From contig CAZFGX010000001.1 in NCBI GenBank assembly GCA_964518565.1, forward strand, positions 75,046 to 139,045: a DNA stretch of 64,000 nt, read 5' to 3'. Shown here in pieces: positions 29,838-41,830 of this stretch (its first letter is position 1; every line of letters begins with the position of its first letter). The position numbers and the translations under genes are program-made. Source of the DNA: an uncultured Gammaproteobacteria bacterium. GTDB lineage: Bacteria; Patescibacteriota; Microgenomatia; CAZETR01; Amesbacteraceae. A model generated the notes under the pieces. It searched no databases. It worked only from the letters and a program-made list of their open reading frames with translations, and had not been told where the DNA came from.

Positions 29838-32800
29838 ATGACAACTCGCCAATATTGGGGTAAGTCTTACCCGTCACTTCCAAAACTAGATTTAAGCGAA
29901 CTTCAATTGGAGTCGTGGAAATGGTTTGTCGAACATGGTATCGGAGAAGCTATCAGCGAAATCACTCCTATTGAAGATTTTACTGGCAAAAATTGGAGCT
30001 TAGAATTTAGTAATCATATCGTAGAAAAACCAAATCTTACTGCAAGTCACGCTTTGACCAAGGGTCTGACATATTCAGCCCCACTTCGTATTCAAGCCAA
30101 ACTTACCAACAAGCAAACTAACAAAAGTGTGACCAGTGAAGTCTTTTTGGGAGATCTACCTCAAATGACTGATCGAGGTACATTTATTATCAATGGTGTT
30201 GAACGTGCAGTCATCAATCAAGTAGTCCGAGCACCTGGCGCATATTTTGGTGCCGAATTAGATCCAGCTTCCGGTCGACTTCTTCATACAGCCGAGCTTC
30301 GTCCTATTCGTGGTACATGGTTGGAGTTTGAAATTAGTCGAGGAGACGTAATTTCTGTTCGCATTGATCGCCGACGTAAATTTGTTGTCACCACTCTGCT
30401 TCGTGCTATGGGTCTGACAGATATTGGCGAAATCAAAAAGCTCTTTGCCGAAGTCGATACAAATGATTCCCATCACTATATAGAAAATACCTTAGCCAAA
30501 GATGTCACCAAATCAGCCGAAGATGCCCTAGTCGACATCTACAAAAAAATGCGTCCAGGTGAACCAATCGTTTTGGAAAATGCCCAACGCCTCATGTACG
30601 ACCTCTTCTTCAATCCTCGCCGATACGATTTGGGTAAAGTAGGCCGATATAAGTTAAATAAACGTCTCGGTGGTGACAGTGAGCAAACAATCCTCGTTCG
30701 TGACGATTTAGTTAATACTATTAAATATCTTATCGGTTTACAAAATGGCCATGGCAAAATTGATGACATTGATCATCTGGCCAATCGTCGCGTTCGTCGA
30801 GTAGGTGAACTCGTCGCCCAAACTGCATTCCGCGATGGCTTGCTACGTTTAGAACGTGCTATCAAAGAAAAAATGTCCCTCGTTTCCACTGAAGAGCTCG
30901 TCACGCCTACGTCGCTCGTCAATGCTCGACCAGTGATCGCTGCTGTCAACGAATTCTTCCGTAGCTCCCAGCTTTCACAAATCCTCGAACAAACCAATCC
31001 ACTTTCAGAAATTGACCATATCCGTCGCTTGACTGTTATGGGTCGTGGCGGTATTACCCGAGAACGCGCCTCATTCAGTATTCGTGACGTAAACAGTAGT
31101 CAATATGGTCGTATTGACCCCGTCCGATCTCCTGAAGGTGCCAACATCGGTTTGGTTACGTATTTATCTCTATACGCCAAAATCGATGAATACGGCTTCC
31201 TTCAAGTTCCGTATCGCAAACTGATAAAAGAAGAAAAAGGTGGGACTACAAAAGTAAAGTTGTCCAATGAAATCGTCTATCTACCTGCCGATGATGAAGA
31301 AAATGTCCGCATTTCTCATGCAGATATTCATTTTGATCGCGACGGTTATATTCAAGAAGCTTGGTTGTCTATGCGTTACCAAGGTAGTTTTGTCGAAGGT
31401 CCTACTGAAACCGTTGACTATATCGATGCCATACCTCGACAAGTGGTTGGTACCTCAGCCTCCCTTATTCCATTCTTAGCCAACGACGCTGCTAACCGTG
31501 CCCTCATGGGTTCAAACATGCAAACCCAAGCCGTGCCATTGCTCAAGCCTGAAAGTCCCGTCGTAGGTACAGGCATGGAAAGAGATGTAGCCGCATCGAT
31601 GGGTTGGTGTATCAATGCTCGACATGCTGGTACAGTTGTCTCAGTCGATGGTACAAAAATCGTAGTAAAGCTTGATAAAAAACCAGAAAATGTGACTTCT
31701 TCAGAATTAATCACTGTCAAAGGTGATTTAGAAACTTATCACCTAATCAAGTTCCGCCGCACGTCTCAAAGTTCTAGTTTCAATCAGATTCCTGCGGTCA
31801 ACGTAGGTCAAAAAGTTGTACCTGGTCAATTACTTATCGACGGTCCTTCTTCTCAAGATGGGGAGTTGGCTCTAGGTCAAAATTTGATGATTGCCTATGC
31901 CTCATTTGACGGTCTCGGATATGAAGACGCTATAGTAATTTCTGATCGACTCGTTCGCCAAGATTTACTTACCTCGATCCATATTGAAGAATATGAAGCT
32001 GACGTGGTCGATACCAAGCTTGGACCTGAAGAGTTAACTCGAGATATTCCCAACGTTGGAGAAAATTATCTGGCCAATCTAGATGCCGAAGGAATTGTTG
32101 CAATTGGTTCAGAAGTTAATCCAAACGATATTTTAGTCGGCAAAATCGCCCCTAAGGGTGAAACCGAACTATCTGCCGAAGAGCGTTTGCTCCGAGCTAT
32201 CTTTGGTGAAAAAGCTCGAGATGTACGTGACACCAGTTTGCGTATGCCTCATGGTGAACGTGGTATTGTCATTGGTATTAATATTTTAGATCGTGAAGCT
32301 GGTGATGAATTACCACCTGGTGTAAATAAACGCGTAGTCATCAATGTAGCTCAAATGCGAAAAATTAATGTTGGAGACAAGCTAGCCGGACGACATGGAA
32401 ACAAAGGCGTCATTAGTAAAATCGTTCCTGTAGCGGACATGCCACATCTCACCGATGGCACTCCTGTCGATATTATGATTTCACCTCTGTCTGTTTTGGC
32501 TCGTATGAATTTGGGTCAACTTCTCGAAGCTCGTCTAGGGTGGGCAATGGCCAAGCTAAACGGTAAAGTTGGTGTAGCTGCTTTCGAAAAAGTTAGCGAA
32601 GATCAAATTGCTACAGCTATGGCAGATGCCAATCTGCCAGTTTCCGGTAAGGCTCGTTTGATTGATGGTCGCACTGGTTTGCCATATGAAGAAGAAACCG
32701 TTGTTGGCGTGGGATATATCCTCAAGCTTCACCACATGGTTGAAGACAAGACCCACGCTCGTTCAACTGGACCATACTCCCTCGTCACTCAACAACCGCT

Positions 32801-33233
32801 CGGTGGAAAAGCTCAAATGGGTGGTCAACGTCTCGGAGAAATGGAAGTCTGGGCCCTTGAAGCACATAAAGCTGCACATACATTACAAGAAATGTTGACC
32901 ATTAAGTCCGACGATGTCGTGGGTCGTGCCAAAGCATTCGAAGCCATCGTCAAAGGTACAGAAATTCCTACGAGCTCAGTCCCTGAATCATTCAATGTGT
33001 TGGTCAAGGAATTGCAAAGTTTGGGTCTACAGATCAATCCAATTGGGGCAACAGCCAAAGCGGCAGATGATCTGGCCTCAACTCCCACTTCCACAACCGA
33101 TGATTCTCAGGTAAAATCTATGCCTACTCAAGCAGACGATGATGACATGGCCGAATCTCTAAAAGAGGCTGAAGAAGATGAACTAGACGAAGCAGATGTT
33201 ATCGCCGCTGAATCTGAAAAAGAAGAAGCATAA
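29838..33233 (+). CDS. rpoB: RNA polymerase beta subunit
   Basis: [37 protein letters not shown]. Start set at ATG 29838. Confidence 0.98.
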   Translation: MTTRQYWGKSYPSLPKLDLSELQLESWKWFVEHGIGEAISEITPIEDFTGKNWSLEFSNHIVEKPNLTASHALTKGLTYSAPLRIQAKLTNKQTNKSVTSEVFLGDLPQMTDRGTFIINGVERAVINQVVRAPGAYFGAELDPASGRLLHTAELRPIRGTWLEFEISRGDVISVRIDRRRKFVVTTLLRAMGLTDIGEIKKLFAEVDTNDSHHYIENTLAKDVTKSAEDALVDIYKKMRPGEPIVLENAQRLMYDLFFNPRRYDLGKVGRYKLNKRLGGDSEQTILVRDDLVNTIKYLIGLQNGHGKIDDIDHLANRRVRRVGELVAQTAFRDGLLRLERAIKEKMSLVSTEELVTPTSLVNARPVIAAVNEFFRSSQLSQILEQTNPLSEIDHIRRLTVMGRGGITRERASFSIRDVNSSQYGRIDPVRSPEGANIGLVTYLSLYAKIDEYGFLQVPYRKLIKEEKGGTTKVKLSNEIVYLPADDEENVRISHADIHFDRDGYIQEAWLSMRYQGSFVEGPTETVDYIDAIPRQVVGTSASLIPFLANDAANRALMGSNMQTQAVPLLKPESPVVGTGMERDVAASMGWCINARHAGTVVSVDGTKIVVKLDKKPENVTSSELITVKGDLETYHLIKFRRTSQSSSFNQIPAVNVGQKVVPGQLLIDGPSSQDGELALGQNLMIAYASFDGLGYEDAIVISDRLVRQDLLTSIHIEEYEADVVDTKLGPEELTRDIPNVGENYLANLDAEGIVAIGSEVNPNDILVGKIAPKGETELSAEERLLRAIFGEKARDVRDTSLRMPHGERGIVIGINILDREAGDELPPGVNKRVVINVAQMRKINVGDKLAGRHGNKGVISKIVPVADMPHLTDGTPVDIMISPLSVLARMNLGQLLEARLGWAMAKLNGKVGVAAFEKVSEDQIATAMADANLPVSGKARLIDGRTGLPYEEETVVGVGYILKLHHMVEDKTHARSTGPYSLVTQQPLGGKAQMGGQRLGEMEVWALEAHKAAHTLQEMLTIKSDDVVGRAKAFEAIVKGTEIPTSSVPESFNVLVKELQSLGLQINPIGATAKAADDLASTPTSTTDDSQVKSMPTQADDDDMAESLKEAEEDELDEADVIAAESEKEEA

Positions 33234-33237
33234 AATT

Positions 33238-36200
33238 ATGGCTACAAAAACCACCACACCTATTCAAGATTCATTCAAAAATATTGCCGATTTTAATGCT
33301 TTACAGATTACTCTGGCATCTTCCGATTCTATTTTAGGTTGGTCTCATGGTGAGATAACTAAGCCTGAAACCATCAACTATCGTACGTTGCGACCAGAAA
33401 AAGATGGTTTATTTGATGAGCGCATTTTTGGTCCAGTCAAAGATTGGGAATGTTATTGTGGTAAATATAAGCGTATTCGCTATAAGGGGATTACTTGTGA
33501 TAAGTGTGGTGTCGAAGTCACGCATTCTCGAGTTCGTCGGGAACGCATGGGCCACATTACCCTGGCTTGTCCTACAGCTCACGTATGGTTTTTCAAAGGT
33601 GCTCCATCTAAGCTGTCTCTTTTACTAGATGTGTCTCCAAAGAGTCTAGAAGCTGTAGTTTACTTCGCCCAATATATCGTCACATCAGTTGACGAAAAAG
33701 CCAAAACCAAAGTGATCGACCAACTTCAAAAAGAATTGGCATCCAAAAAAGAAGATCTGAAAAAAGACTACACCAAAAAAATTGACGACCTCAAAGACGC
33801 CTCAGAGTCTGAATTGGCCAAATTGCAAAACCAATCCATGAAAGAAGAAGCCAAGGCCTTGGCACTAGAACAAGCCAGTCTCAAAGCCAAACAGCAAACA
33901 CAAGCACTGCGAGATGCAGAAACTACCGAATCCGATAAAACCGCTAATCTCTATGCCCGTCTAACTGAAATCGTCAAAAACATCAACGTCGCCACTCTGC
34001 TAACCGAAGAAGAATATCAAAAACTCGTTGAGTACGATGCGGTCGACTTTGCCGAAGTCGGTATGGGTGCCGAAAGCTTGCTCGAAGTAATAAAACAAAT
34101 TGATCTAGCTAAACTCAGTAGTGATTTACGCCAAGAAGTAGCCACCACCACTGGTCAACGCCATCTCAAAGCTACTAAACGTTTGCGAGTTGTCGATGGT
34201 TTGCGTCGAGCCCATGTTGATCCATCATGGATGGTACTAAAAGTGCTTCCAGTCCTTCCTCCAGATTTGCGTCCAATGGTGCAGCTATCCGGCGGCAGAT
34301 TTGCCAGCTCAGATCTCAACGATTTGTATCGCCGCGTCATCAATCGCAATAATCGTCTTAAACATCTCATCGATCTAGGAGCTCCTGAAATCATTTTGCG
34401 CAACGAAAAACGCATGCTTCAAGAAGCCGTAGATGCCCTTATTGATTCTACTCAACGCACCAGTCGTACTACTCGCATGCCAGCCAATGCTCACACAAAA
34501 TCGCTTTCAGACATGTTACGCGGTAAACAAGGTCGCTTCCGTCAAAATCTACTCGGAAAACGTGTGGATTACTCTGGTCGTTCCGTCATCGTCGTCGGCC
34601 CTGAACTCAAAATTAACCAATGTGGACTTCCCAAAGACATGGCTCTCGAAATGTTCAAGCCATTTGTTTTGCGCCAAATGATTATCCAAGGTTTGGCACC
34701 AAATGTGAAATCAGCCAAAAATCTTTTGGAATCCCGACCACCAGAAGTCTATGACATCTTGGAAAGTATTACTCGCGATCATCCAGTCTTGCTCAATCGC
34801 GCCCCAACCTTACACAAACTTTCTATCCAAGCCTTCTATCCAATTTTAGTCGAAGGTTCAGCTATCAAAGTTCATCCATGTATCTGTGCCGGATTTAACG
34901 CCGACTTTGACGGAGATCAAATGGCTGTTCATGTACCCTTGAGTAAAGAGTCTGTCGAAGAGGTCAAGGCCTTAATGATGCCTGAAAACAATTTGCGCAA
35001 GCCAGCGGATGGTACGCCCATCTCTGTTCCATCCACCAAAGAAATGGCTCTTGGCAATTATTATCTCACCTCAATCGACCCTACCTTGGCAGCATATGCC
35101 TCCACCTTCTCAAATGCCCAAGAAGCAATTATGGCCTACCACATGGGTACGCTAAAGCTGCGCCAAACCATGAAAGTAAATATGGATGGTGAAATTATCG
35201 AAACAACTGTTGGTCGTTTATTGTTCAATGAAGTCTTACCTCAAGAGTTACGTTTTGTTAACGAACCAGTTCGTCGTTCTGTAGTCGTCAATATTTTCCG
35301 TTCAGCCTTCAAACTTTTTGACACTACAACCATCGTCAAGCTGATCGACGACATTAAATCAATCGGCTTCTGGGCTGGAACCATCTCTGGTTTGTCAGTC
35401 AGTATTACTGACTGTGTAATTTATGCTGACAAAGATAAGGTCATCGCTGAATCAAACCAAAAAGTTGCCGAAATCGAGTCCAATTTGGCCATGGGCTTAA
35501 TCACTATCGAAGAGAAAAAACGCCTATCCCAAGAAGTTTGGCTAGAAACCACCCAAATCTTAGCCGATGCAACCTGGAATCTTATCGAGCGCACCAATCC
35601 GATTTGGCTCATGGTTGATGCCCAAGTTGGAAAAGTTTCCCGTGAACAAGTCAAACAAATCTCTGCTATGCGCGGTCTCGTTGTTGATCCGCTTGGTCGA
35701 ATCGTAGAATTACCAGTTAAGAGTAATTACCGTGAAGGATTGACCACATTTGAATATATCTCAGCTGCTCGTGGAGAACGTAAGGGTCTTTCAGATACTG
35801 CTATTCGTACTGCCGATGCTGGATATCTCACCCGCCGATTAGTCGATGTGGCTCATGATGCTATCGTTCGTATCGAAGACTGTGCTACCACCAGTGGTCT
35901 AACAGTTAGCCGTAGCGGTCGCCGAGGCAATGCCTTTTCTGCACGTATCTTTGGCCGGATTGCCGCCTCAGATGTTGTATCAGAAAAAACAAACGAAGTT
36001 GTAGTCAAAGCAGGAGATTTGATTGACGAAAAAGCCGTTTCTACAATTCAAGACAAGCAAATTACTGATGTTGTCGTTCGCTCACCACTAACCTGTAACA
36101 GTAAATATGGTATCTGTGCCAAGTGTTATGGTTGGTCACTCAGCAGTATGTCTATGGCTACCGTCGGTGATCCCGTTGGAGTTGTCGCTGCACAAAGTAT

Positions 36201-36978
36201 TGGTGAACCAGGTACCCAAATGACCCTTCATGGAAAACGCGGTGCCTTGTCTGCTGGTTCCATCGACGTGACCCAGGGCTTACCTCGTATCGAAGAACTC
36301 TTCGAAGCACGAACACCAAAGCTCGTTTCACCTCTTGCAGACATCTCTGGAAAAGTTGAAATCACCGAAACCGAAACCGGCTACAAAGTTCGTATCCGCA
36401 ACGAGCAAGTTAAGCCTGTCGAAGAAAAAGAATACATTATTCCTCTCACTGCTGAGCTCAAAGTTTCTGATGAAGAGCTTGTCACAGCCGGAGCTCAACT
36501 GGCTGCTGGTTCTTTAGATATCAAAGAAGTTTTAGAGATTCGTGGTCTGCGTGGCTCTCAAGAATACTTGATCGAAGAATTGCAAGCTGTTTACGAATCT
36601 CAAGGTATACCGATTCACGACAAACACTTTGAAGTCATCGTGCGCAAAATGAGTGATCGTGTCCGAATCCTAGTCCAAGGCGACACAGCATTATTGCCAG
36701 GCGACATTCTCGATCGAGCTGCTTTCGAAACTGAAAATACTCGTGTTATGGCCGCCGGTGGAGAACCAGCCACAGCTCAAGTTATTGTCTTGGGTATCAC
36801 CCGCGCCGCTCTAAAGACTGGTTCATGGCTCTCAGCCGCTTCCTTTATCGAGACCACCTCCCAACTCGGAGACGCTGCTGTCGAAGGTCGGGTCGACCCC
36901 TTGCTTGGACTCAAGGAAAACGTTATCATTGGTCGCCTGATTCCTACAAATGCTGAACGGGCAACAATCGCAGCGTAA
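33238..36978 (+). CDS. rpoC: RNA polymerase beta' subunit
   Basis: NADFDGD catalytic motif and zinc-binding CYCGKYK. Start set at ATG 33238. Confidence 0.98.
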   Translation: MATKTTTPIQDSFKNIADFNALQITLASSDSILGWSHGEITKPETINYRTLRPEKDGLFDERIFGPVKDWECYCGKYKRIRYKGITCDKCGVEVTHSRVRRERMGHITLACPTAHVWFFKGAPSKLSLLLDVSPKSLEAVVYFAQYIVTSVDEKAKTKVIDQLQKELASKKEDLKKDYTKKIDDLKDASESELAKLQNQSMKEEAKALALEQASLKAKQQTQALRDAETTESDKTANLYARLTEIVKNINVATLLTEEEYQKLVEYDAVDFAEVGMGAESLLEVIKQIDLAKLSSDLRQEVATTTGQRHLKATKRLRVVDGLRRAHVDPSWMVLKVLPVLPPDLRPMVQLSGGRFASSDLNDLYRRVINRNNRLKHLIDLGAPEIILRNEKRMLQEAVDALIDSTQRTSRTTRMPANAHTKSLSDMLRGKQGRFRQNLLGKRVDYSGRSVIVVGPELKINQCGLPKDMALEMFKPFVLRQMIIQGLAPNVKSAKNLLESRPPEVYDILESITRDHPVLLNRAPTLHKLSIQAFYPILVEGSAIKVHPCICAGFNADFDGDQMAVHVPLSKESVEEVKALMMPENNLRKPADGTPISVPSTKEMALGNYYLTSIDPTLAAYASTFSNAQEAIMAYHMGTLKLRQTMKVNMDGEIIETTVGRLLFNEVLPQELRFVNEPVRRSVVVNIFRSAFKLFDTTTIVKLIDDIKSIGFWAGTISGLSVSITDCVIYADKDKVIAESNQKVAEIESNLAMGLITIEEKKRLSQEVWLETTQILADATWNLIERTNPIWLMVDAQVGKVSREQVKQISAMRGLVVDPLGRIVELPVKSNYREGLTTFEYISAARGERKGLSDTAIRTADAGYLTRRLVDVAHDAIVRIEDCATTSGLTVSRSGRRGNAFSARIFGRIAASDVVSEKTNEVVVKAGDLIDEKAVSTIQDKQITDVVVRSPLTCNSKYGICAKCYGWSLSSMSMATVGDPVGVVAAQSIGEPGTQMTLHGKRGALSAGSIDVTQGLPRIEELFEARTPKLVSPLADISGKVEITETETGYKVRIRNEQVKPVEEKEYIIPLTAELKVSDEELVTAGAQLAAGSLDIKEVLEIRGLRGSQEYLIEELQAVYESQGIPIHDKHFEVIVRKMSDRVRILVQGDTALLPGDILDRAAFETENTRVMAAGGEPATAQVIVLGITRAALKTGSWLSAASFIETTSQLGDAAVEGRVDPLLGLKENVIIGRLIPTNAERATIAA

Positions 36979-36979
36979 T

Positions 36980-37414
36980 ATGCCAACCATAAACCAACTC
37001 ATCAAAAAAGGTCGCACAGCAAGAATCAAAAAAGTTCGCGCCACTGCCATGCGTCGTTCATACAACGCCAAAGATCGAATTTTCGACAATAACATGAATC
37101 CGTTCAAGCGCGGTGTGTTGACAGTGGTTAAAACCATGACACCAAAAAAGCCAAACTCAGCGTTACGTAAAATTGCTCGCGTCCGTTTGTCTAACAAAAC
37201 GGAAGTCACTGCCTACATTCCTGGAATTGGCCACAATCTAGCCGAACACGGTATCGTTTTGGTTCGTGGCGGTCGTGTAAAAGACCTTCCTGGTGTAAAA
37301 TATCACATTGTCCGCGGCAAATATGATGCCGCTGGAGTTCAAAATCGCAAACAAGGCCGATCCAAGTATGGAACCAAAGCCAGTAGTGGTCCATCAGCAG
37401 CTAAAGCTAGTTAA
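36980..37414 (+). CDS. rpsL: 30S ribosomal protein S12
   Basis: [28 protein letters not shown]. Confidence 0.98.
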   Translation: MPTINQLIKKGRTARIKKVRATAMRRSYNAKDRIFDNNMNPFKRGVLTVVKTMTPKKPNSALRKIARVRLSNKTEVTAYIPGIGHNLAEHGIVLVRGGRVKDLPGVKYHIVRGKYDAAGVQNRKQGRSKYGTKASSGPSAAKAS

Positions 37415-37419
37415 TATTT

Positions 37420-37896
37420 ATGCGTGCAAAACCATCCACACCACGACCAATTACACCTGACCCAGTCTATCAAGACACGATGATCACCAAATTGATCAAC
37501 CGTGTGATGCGTGATGGCAAAAAAACAGTTGCCCAAAAGTCTGTCTACGGCGCTCTGGAAGTAATCAAAGAAAAAACTGGCCAAGATCCTATTGAATTAT
37601 TCCGTACTGCTATCGAAAATATTCGCCCACAAATGGAAGTTCGCGCTCGTCGTATTGGAGGTGCAGCTTATCAAGTACCTTCTCCTGTTCGCGGGCCACG
37701 CAAAGATTCTCTCGCTATTCGCTGGTTACTTTTAGCAGCAACTGCCAGGCCAAATACAGAATTTCATACTATGTCTGAAAAACTAGCAGCCGAATTAATC
37801 GATGCTTCAAATCAAACTGGTGGCGCAATCAAAAAAAAGTTAGATACCCATCGCATGGCCGAAGCCAACAAGGCCTTTGCGCATTTCCGCTGGTAA
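37420..37896 (+). CDS. rpsG: 30S ribosomal protein S7
   Basis: [26 protein letters not shown]. Confidence 0.98.
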   Translation: MRAKPSTPRPITPDPVYQDTMITKLINRVMRDGKKTVAQKSVYGALEVIKEKTGQDPIELFRTAIENIRPQMEVRARRIGGAAYQVPSPVRGPRKDSLAIRWLLLAATARPNTEFHTMSEKLAAELIDASNQTGGAIKKKLDTHRMAEANKAFAHFRW

Positions 37897-37902
37897 AATT
37901 TT

Positions 37903-38502
37903 ATGTCACACTATACCGGACCAAAAAATCGACTCTCCCGCCGCGAAGGCTTGGATTTATATGGTAAAGGCAATAAACTTCGTCGTGCTACCCAAGTCCC
38001 GGGTCAGCATGGACCTAAGGGTGGAAAACGCCCAACTGGCTTTGGTACCCAACTACGAGAAAAGCAGAAAACTCGGCGTATTTATGGTATAATTGAGAAA
38101 CAATTCCGCAAGTACTTTGAAATGGCTCGCAAGTCCAAAGGAGCAACTGGTGAAAAATTACTCCAGATGCTCGAGACTCGATTAGACAATACTGTCTACC
38201 GACTCGGATTTGTTCCTACTCGTCTCATGGCTCGACAAATCGTCAGTCATGGACATATCCGTGTAAACGGAAAGTTAGTGAGTGTGCCATCATATCAAGT
38301 AAAAATTGGAGAAATTATTACTTTAAGTGATAAAATCTCTCAAAACCCAACTGTCCAGGCAAAATTATCAGCAAGTGATATAATCTTGCCCGCCTGGTTA
38401 AAACGCGAATCAGCCCAAGGTTCAGTCGTTGCTATGCCAAGTCGTAGCGACATAGACGTGCCCGTCTCTGAACAACTTATTGTCGAATATTATTCTCGAT
38501 AA
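37903..38502 (+). CDS. rpsD: 30S ribosomal protein S4 (Zn-free type)
   Basis: QLREKQK, LETRLDNTVYRLG, IVEYYSR. Confidence 0.98.
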   Translation: MSHYTGPKNRLSRREGLDLYGKGNKLRRATQVPGQHGPKGGKRPTGFGTQLREKQKTRRIYGIIEKQFRKYFEMARKSKGATGEKLLQMLETRLDNTVYRLGFVPTRLMARQIVSHGHIRVNGKLVSVPSYQVKIGEIITLSDKISQNPTVQAKLSASDIILPAWLKRESAQGSVVAMPSRSDIDVPVSEQLIVEYYSR

Positions 38503-38507
38503 TTTTT

Positions 38508-39446
38508 ATGAACCAACCACAATTTACTATTCAAACTGAAAATCTACCAGCAAACACCACCAAATTTGTGTTTGAACCACTTCCTCAAGGATATGGTCAC
38601 ACACTTGGAAATGCTCTTCGTCGTGTTTTATATACTTCTATCCCAGGTGCAGCCATTACCAGTGTCACAATTACTGGCGCCTCTCACCAATTTACTGCTA
38701 TCGAAGGTGTCAAAGAAGATGCAGTACAAATTATTCTGAATCTTAAATCTCTACACTTAAGCTTGACTGGTGACAAAGCCGCCAAAATCACTCTGTCAGC
38801 TAAAGGAGCCGGAGTAGTCACTGCTGAACAATTCGAACTACCTGGAAATGTAAAAATTGCCAACCCAGAAGCAGTCATTGGTACTATTACCGATAAAAGT
38901 GGTCATCTAGAAATTGAAGCCACTGTGGAACCAGGTATGGGGTACTCTCCTGCAGAAGAACGCAAAAGTTCAACCATTGGTGTAATTCCAGTAGATGCTA
39001 CATTTACTCCAGTTCTACGAGTAAACTACGAAGTTATGGCTACTCGCGTCGGTCGAGTGACCAATTTCGACAAATTAATTCTCGACGTTACTACTGACGG
39101 CACAACCACTCCTGAAGAAGCAGTCAAACAAGCCGCTCAAATCTTAGTAGATTACTTCGCCGCTGTTGTTAGCCCAAATGCTGAATCTACTTCTACCGCT
39201 AAGACCTCAACATCTACCACATCATCAGCTCCTGCTGCCAGCTCAAAACCTGGTGGAAATGTAGCTGTAGAAGAATTAGATTTGCCAACCCGAATTGCCA
39301 ATGCCTTGCAGAAAGCTGGGTTTAATACGGTAGCCGATCTTTTGGCTGTGCCAAAAAATGAATTGGCCAAAGTAAAAAATCTTGGGGGCAAGTCCGTCAA
39401 GGTTGTCGAAGTTGCCCTCGCTGACCGTGGATTCCAGCTCTCGTAA
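38508..39446 (+). CDS. rpoA: RNA polymerase alpha subunit
   Basis: EPLPQGYGHTLGNALRR, alpha-CTD KVKNLGGKS. Confidence 0.97.
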   Translation: MNQPQFTIQTENLPANTTKFVFEPLPQGYGHTLGNALRRVLYTSIPGAAITSVTITGASHQFTAIEGVKEDAVQIILNLKSLHLSLTGDKAAKITLSAKGAGVVTAEQFELPGNVKIANPEAVIGTITDKSGHLEIEATVEPGMGYSPAEERKSSTIGVIPVDATFTPVLRVNYEVMATRVGRVTNFDKLILDVTTDGTTTPEEAVKQAAQILVDYFAAVVSPNAESTSTAKTSTSTTSSAPAASSKPGGNVAVEELDLPTRIANALQKAGFNTVADLLAVPKNELAKVKNLGGKSVKVVEVALADRGFQLS

Positions 39447-39461
39447 TCGACGTAACATCTC

Positions 39462-39920
39462 ATGCATCACAACATTTTTGGTAAAAAGTTAAATCGAGAT
39501 ACAGGTCAACGTCAGGCTCTGTTAAAAGGGCTAGCGGGGGCGATGATTCGATCGGAAGCAATCGAAACTACAGAAACCAAAGCTCAGGCCGCTGTTTCAA
39601 TGATCGAAAAGCTGATCACTCAAGCTCGTCGTGCAAATCTAAACGATGTTCGTCAAATTGAAGCCGTTCTTATCAATAAAGAACTTGTACATAAATTAGT
39701 TCACAGTATTGCGCCCCGTTTTAAAGATACCAAAGGCGGCTATCTTCGACTAATCAAATTAGGAAACCGAACAGGTGACAACGCTCCAATGGTTCGTATG
39801 GAATTCACCAAGTCTGCTACAGTAGAAGCAGTTCTAACCTCAGCTCCAGCTGCATCGGAACCAGCTAAAGCCCCAGCAAGTAAAAAAACTAAAACAATCA
39901 AAGCCACTAAAACTAAATAA
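39462..39920 (+). CDS. rplQ: 50S ribosomal protein L17
   Basis: KLNRDTGQRQALL, GGYLRLIK, GDNAPM. Confidence 0.96.
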   Translation: MHHNIFGKKLNRDTGQRQALLKGLAGAMIRSEAIETTETKAQAAVSMIEKLITQARRANLNDVRQIEAVLINKELVHKLVHSIAPRFKDTKGGYLRLIKLGNRTGDNAPMVRMEFTKSATVEAVLTSAPAASEPAKAPASKKTKTIKATKTK

Positions 39921-40345
39921 TGAAAACCTTTTCCCTTAAACCTGCAGACACTACTCGTAAATGGCATTTTTTTGATGCCAATGGTCAAGTTCTTGGTCGA
40001 CTAGCCACTCAAGTTGCCATTATACTCATGGGGAAACACAAGCCTGTATACACTACTCACGTTGATGGAGGAGACAATATTGTCATTGTGAACGCCGCCA
40101 AAATAAACGTCACAGGCAAAAAGTCTTTGCAAAAAAAATATCGTCACCATTCCGGATATCCAGGTGGTATGAAAGTGCTTAGTTATGAACAAGTTATGGA
40201 CTCAAACCCTACTCGTATTTTAAAAAGTGCCATTACTGGCATGTTGCCTAAAAATAAACTCCAAGATCGAATGCTGAAACATTTGCATATTTATGCTGGC
40301 AACGAACACCCATACGAAAAGCAATTTAAAAAAGAAACAAAATAA
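39920..40345 (+). CDS. rplM: 50S ribosomal protein L13
   Basis: LGRLAT, GKHKP, HSGYPGG, GMLPKN. Confidence 0.97.
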   Translation: MKTFSLKPADTTRKWHFFDANGQVLGRLATQVAIILMGKHKPVYTTHVDGGDNIVIVNAAKINVTGKKSLQKKYRHHSGYPGGMKVLSYEQVMDSNPTRILKSAITGMLPKNKLQDRMLKHLHIYAGNEHPYEKQFKKETK

Positions 40346-40348
40346 TCT

Positions 40349-40753
40349 ATGGCCGAATCAAAAACCAAAAATCTTACCAAAACCATTGGCCGCCGCAAGC
40401 GAGCCATCGCTTCAGTCCACATGACGTCTGGTTCAGGAAACATTACTGTAAACACAAAACCAATCGCCGACTACTTCCCAGGCTTGTGGGCCAAGCTTCG
40501 TTATGAGCAACCCTTCAAAGTAACCGGTCTCTCTAAATACGACGCTTCCATTAAAGTTCACGGTGGGGGATCGGCTGGCCAGCTCGATGCCGCAACCCTT
40601 GGTCTAGCTCGAGCCTTAGCAGAAATCAAAGCAGATCTTCGTCCAGTTCTTCGCCAAGCCAATTTATTGACTCGCGATCCTCGCAAACGCCAACGCCGCA
40701 TGGTTGGTACTGGTGGAAAAGCTCGTCGAGCCAAGCAATCTCCAAAACGCTAA
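40349..40753 (+). CDS. rpsI: 30S ribosomal protein S9
   Basis: GRRKRAIA, GGGSAGQ, LLTRDPR, ends QSPKR. Confidence 0.97.
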   Translation: MAESKTKNLTKTIGRRKRAIASVHMTSGSGNITVNTKPIADYFPGLWAKLRYEQPFKVTGLSKYDASIKVHGGGSAGQLDAATLGLARALAEIKADLRPVLRQANLLTRDPRKRQRRMVGTGGKARRAKQSPKR

Positions 40754-41127
40754 AACGACAAATACGGTCTTACTGCTATTCCAACTCCGCCCAGGCTTAG
40801 TACTCCCGCAAACAGTATTCCCACTACAGCTATACCTTCACGAGTTTTTATGTTCAATCGTTTATTCACATACACGCTTAGTACTGGCAGAGCCACCACA
40901 AAAACTGCAATAACAATTTGTCCCCAGATAGACATTTGCAAAGAAGCAATTACTACGTCAAATATATAGTCAGTCCCTAGGGTTATTCGAAAGAGCAGTG
41001 CCAACCAAAAAGCTACTGCCGGTCCTAAAAGAAAAAGATTTACAAACACAATTTTTACCGACGCAGGGATTTTAAGCCGTTTCTGTTTTTTGCCCCGCAA
41101 TTCAAAATAATTTCCAGGAGTAATCAC
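40750..41127 (-). CDS. Hypothetical three-TM membrane protein
   Basis: Three hydrophobic segments. TATACT -10-like box shortly upstream of the GTG start. Confidence 0.6.
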   Translation of the reverse strand: MITPGNYFELRGKKQKRLKIPASVKIVFVNLFLLGPAVAFWLALLFRITLGTDYIFDVVIASLQMSIWGQIVIAVFVVALPVLSVYVNKRLNIKTREGIAVVGILFAGVLSLGGVGIAVRPYLSF

Positions 41128-41150
41128 TTAAATAGTATAATATATCCCGC

Positions 41151-41224
41151 CGGGGCGGAGTTTGACGGTAGAATGCGCGCATGGGGTGCGTGTGGAGGCA
41201 GTTCAATTCTGCCCGCCCCGACCA
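41151..41224 (+). tRNA. tRNA-Pro (anticodon GGG), CCA encoded
   Basis: Acceptor CGGGGCG/CGCCCCG-ACCA, anticodon arm CGCGC-ATGGGGT-GCGTG, T arm GGCAG-TTCAATT-CTGCC. TATAAT just upstream. Confidence 0.9.
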
Positions 41225-41240
41225 AATTTTAAATTCAAAA

Positions 41241-41786
41241 ATGATAAACACAATATCGTTCGCGACTACTAACGAAGGAAAATTAAAAGAAGCTAAAGAA
41301 ATCCTAGATATAGCCATAGAACCATTAAGTTTGGATGTAGATGAAGTACAAACACTCGATCCAATAGTCTGTGCTGAAAAGAAAGCTGAATACGCTTACT
41401 CTAAACATCGTGCGCCATTATTAGTTGAAGATACAACGTTGTTCTTTGATGCGTGGAATGGATTACCGGGCGTATTTATAGATTATTTTATGAAAACACT
41501 AAAAAATGAAGGACTATTACGCTTATTAAAAGATGAAAAAAACAGACAAGCGAAGGCTCAAACCACTTTATGCTATTTTGATGGAACAACAAAACATATA
41601 GTTGTTGGAATAATAGAAGGAACAATATCAGAGTCTCCAAAAGGGGACAGTGGATTTGGATGGGATCCTATATTTATTCCCAATAAGACAAATAAAACGT
41701 TTGCTGAAATGACTTCAGAAGAAAAGAATCATACATCTATGAGAAAAATGGCTTTTGAAGAATTAAAAAAGAAATTAGATTTATAG
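41241..41786 (+). CDS. rdgB: Non-canonical purine NTP pyrophosphatase (RdgB/HAM1 family)
   Basis: FATTNEGK, VEDT, GLPG, GFGWDPIF, SMR. Start set at ATG 41241, after the tRNA. Confidence 0.9.
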   Translation: MINTISFATTNEGKLKEAKEILDIAIEPLSLDVDEVQTLDPIVCAEKKAEYAYSKHRAPLLVEDTTLFFDAWNGLPGVFIDYFMKTLKNEGLLRLLKDEKNRQAKAQTTLCYFDGTTKHIVVGIIEGTISESPKGDSGFGWDPIFIPNKTNKTFAEMTSEEKNHTSMRKMAFEELKKKLDL

Positions 41787-41830
41787 TTTCTTTTTGCCAC
41801 TACCAAGCCACTTTGTTAAAATAACCCAAT

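Noticed and set aside
33680-33990. Charged coiled-coil insertion in RpoC, considered as an intein or new domain
   Set aside because: No intein motifs. Its position matches the known lineage-specific beta' insertion.
41181-41240. N-terminal extension of rdgB in the ORF track
   Set aside because: Runs through tRNA-Pro. ATG 41241 fits the family start.
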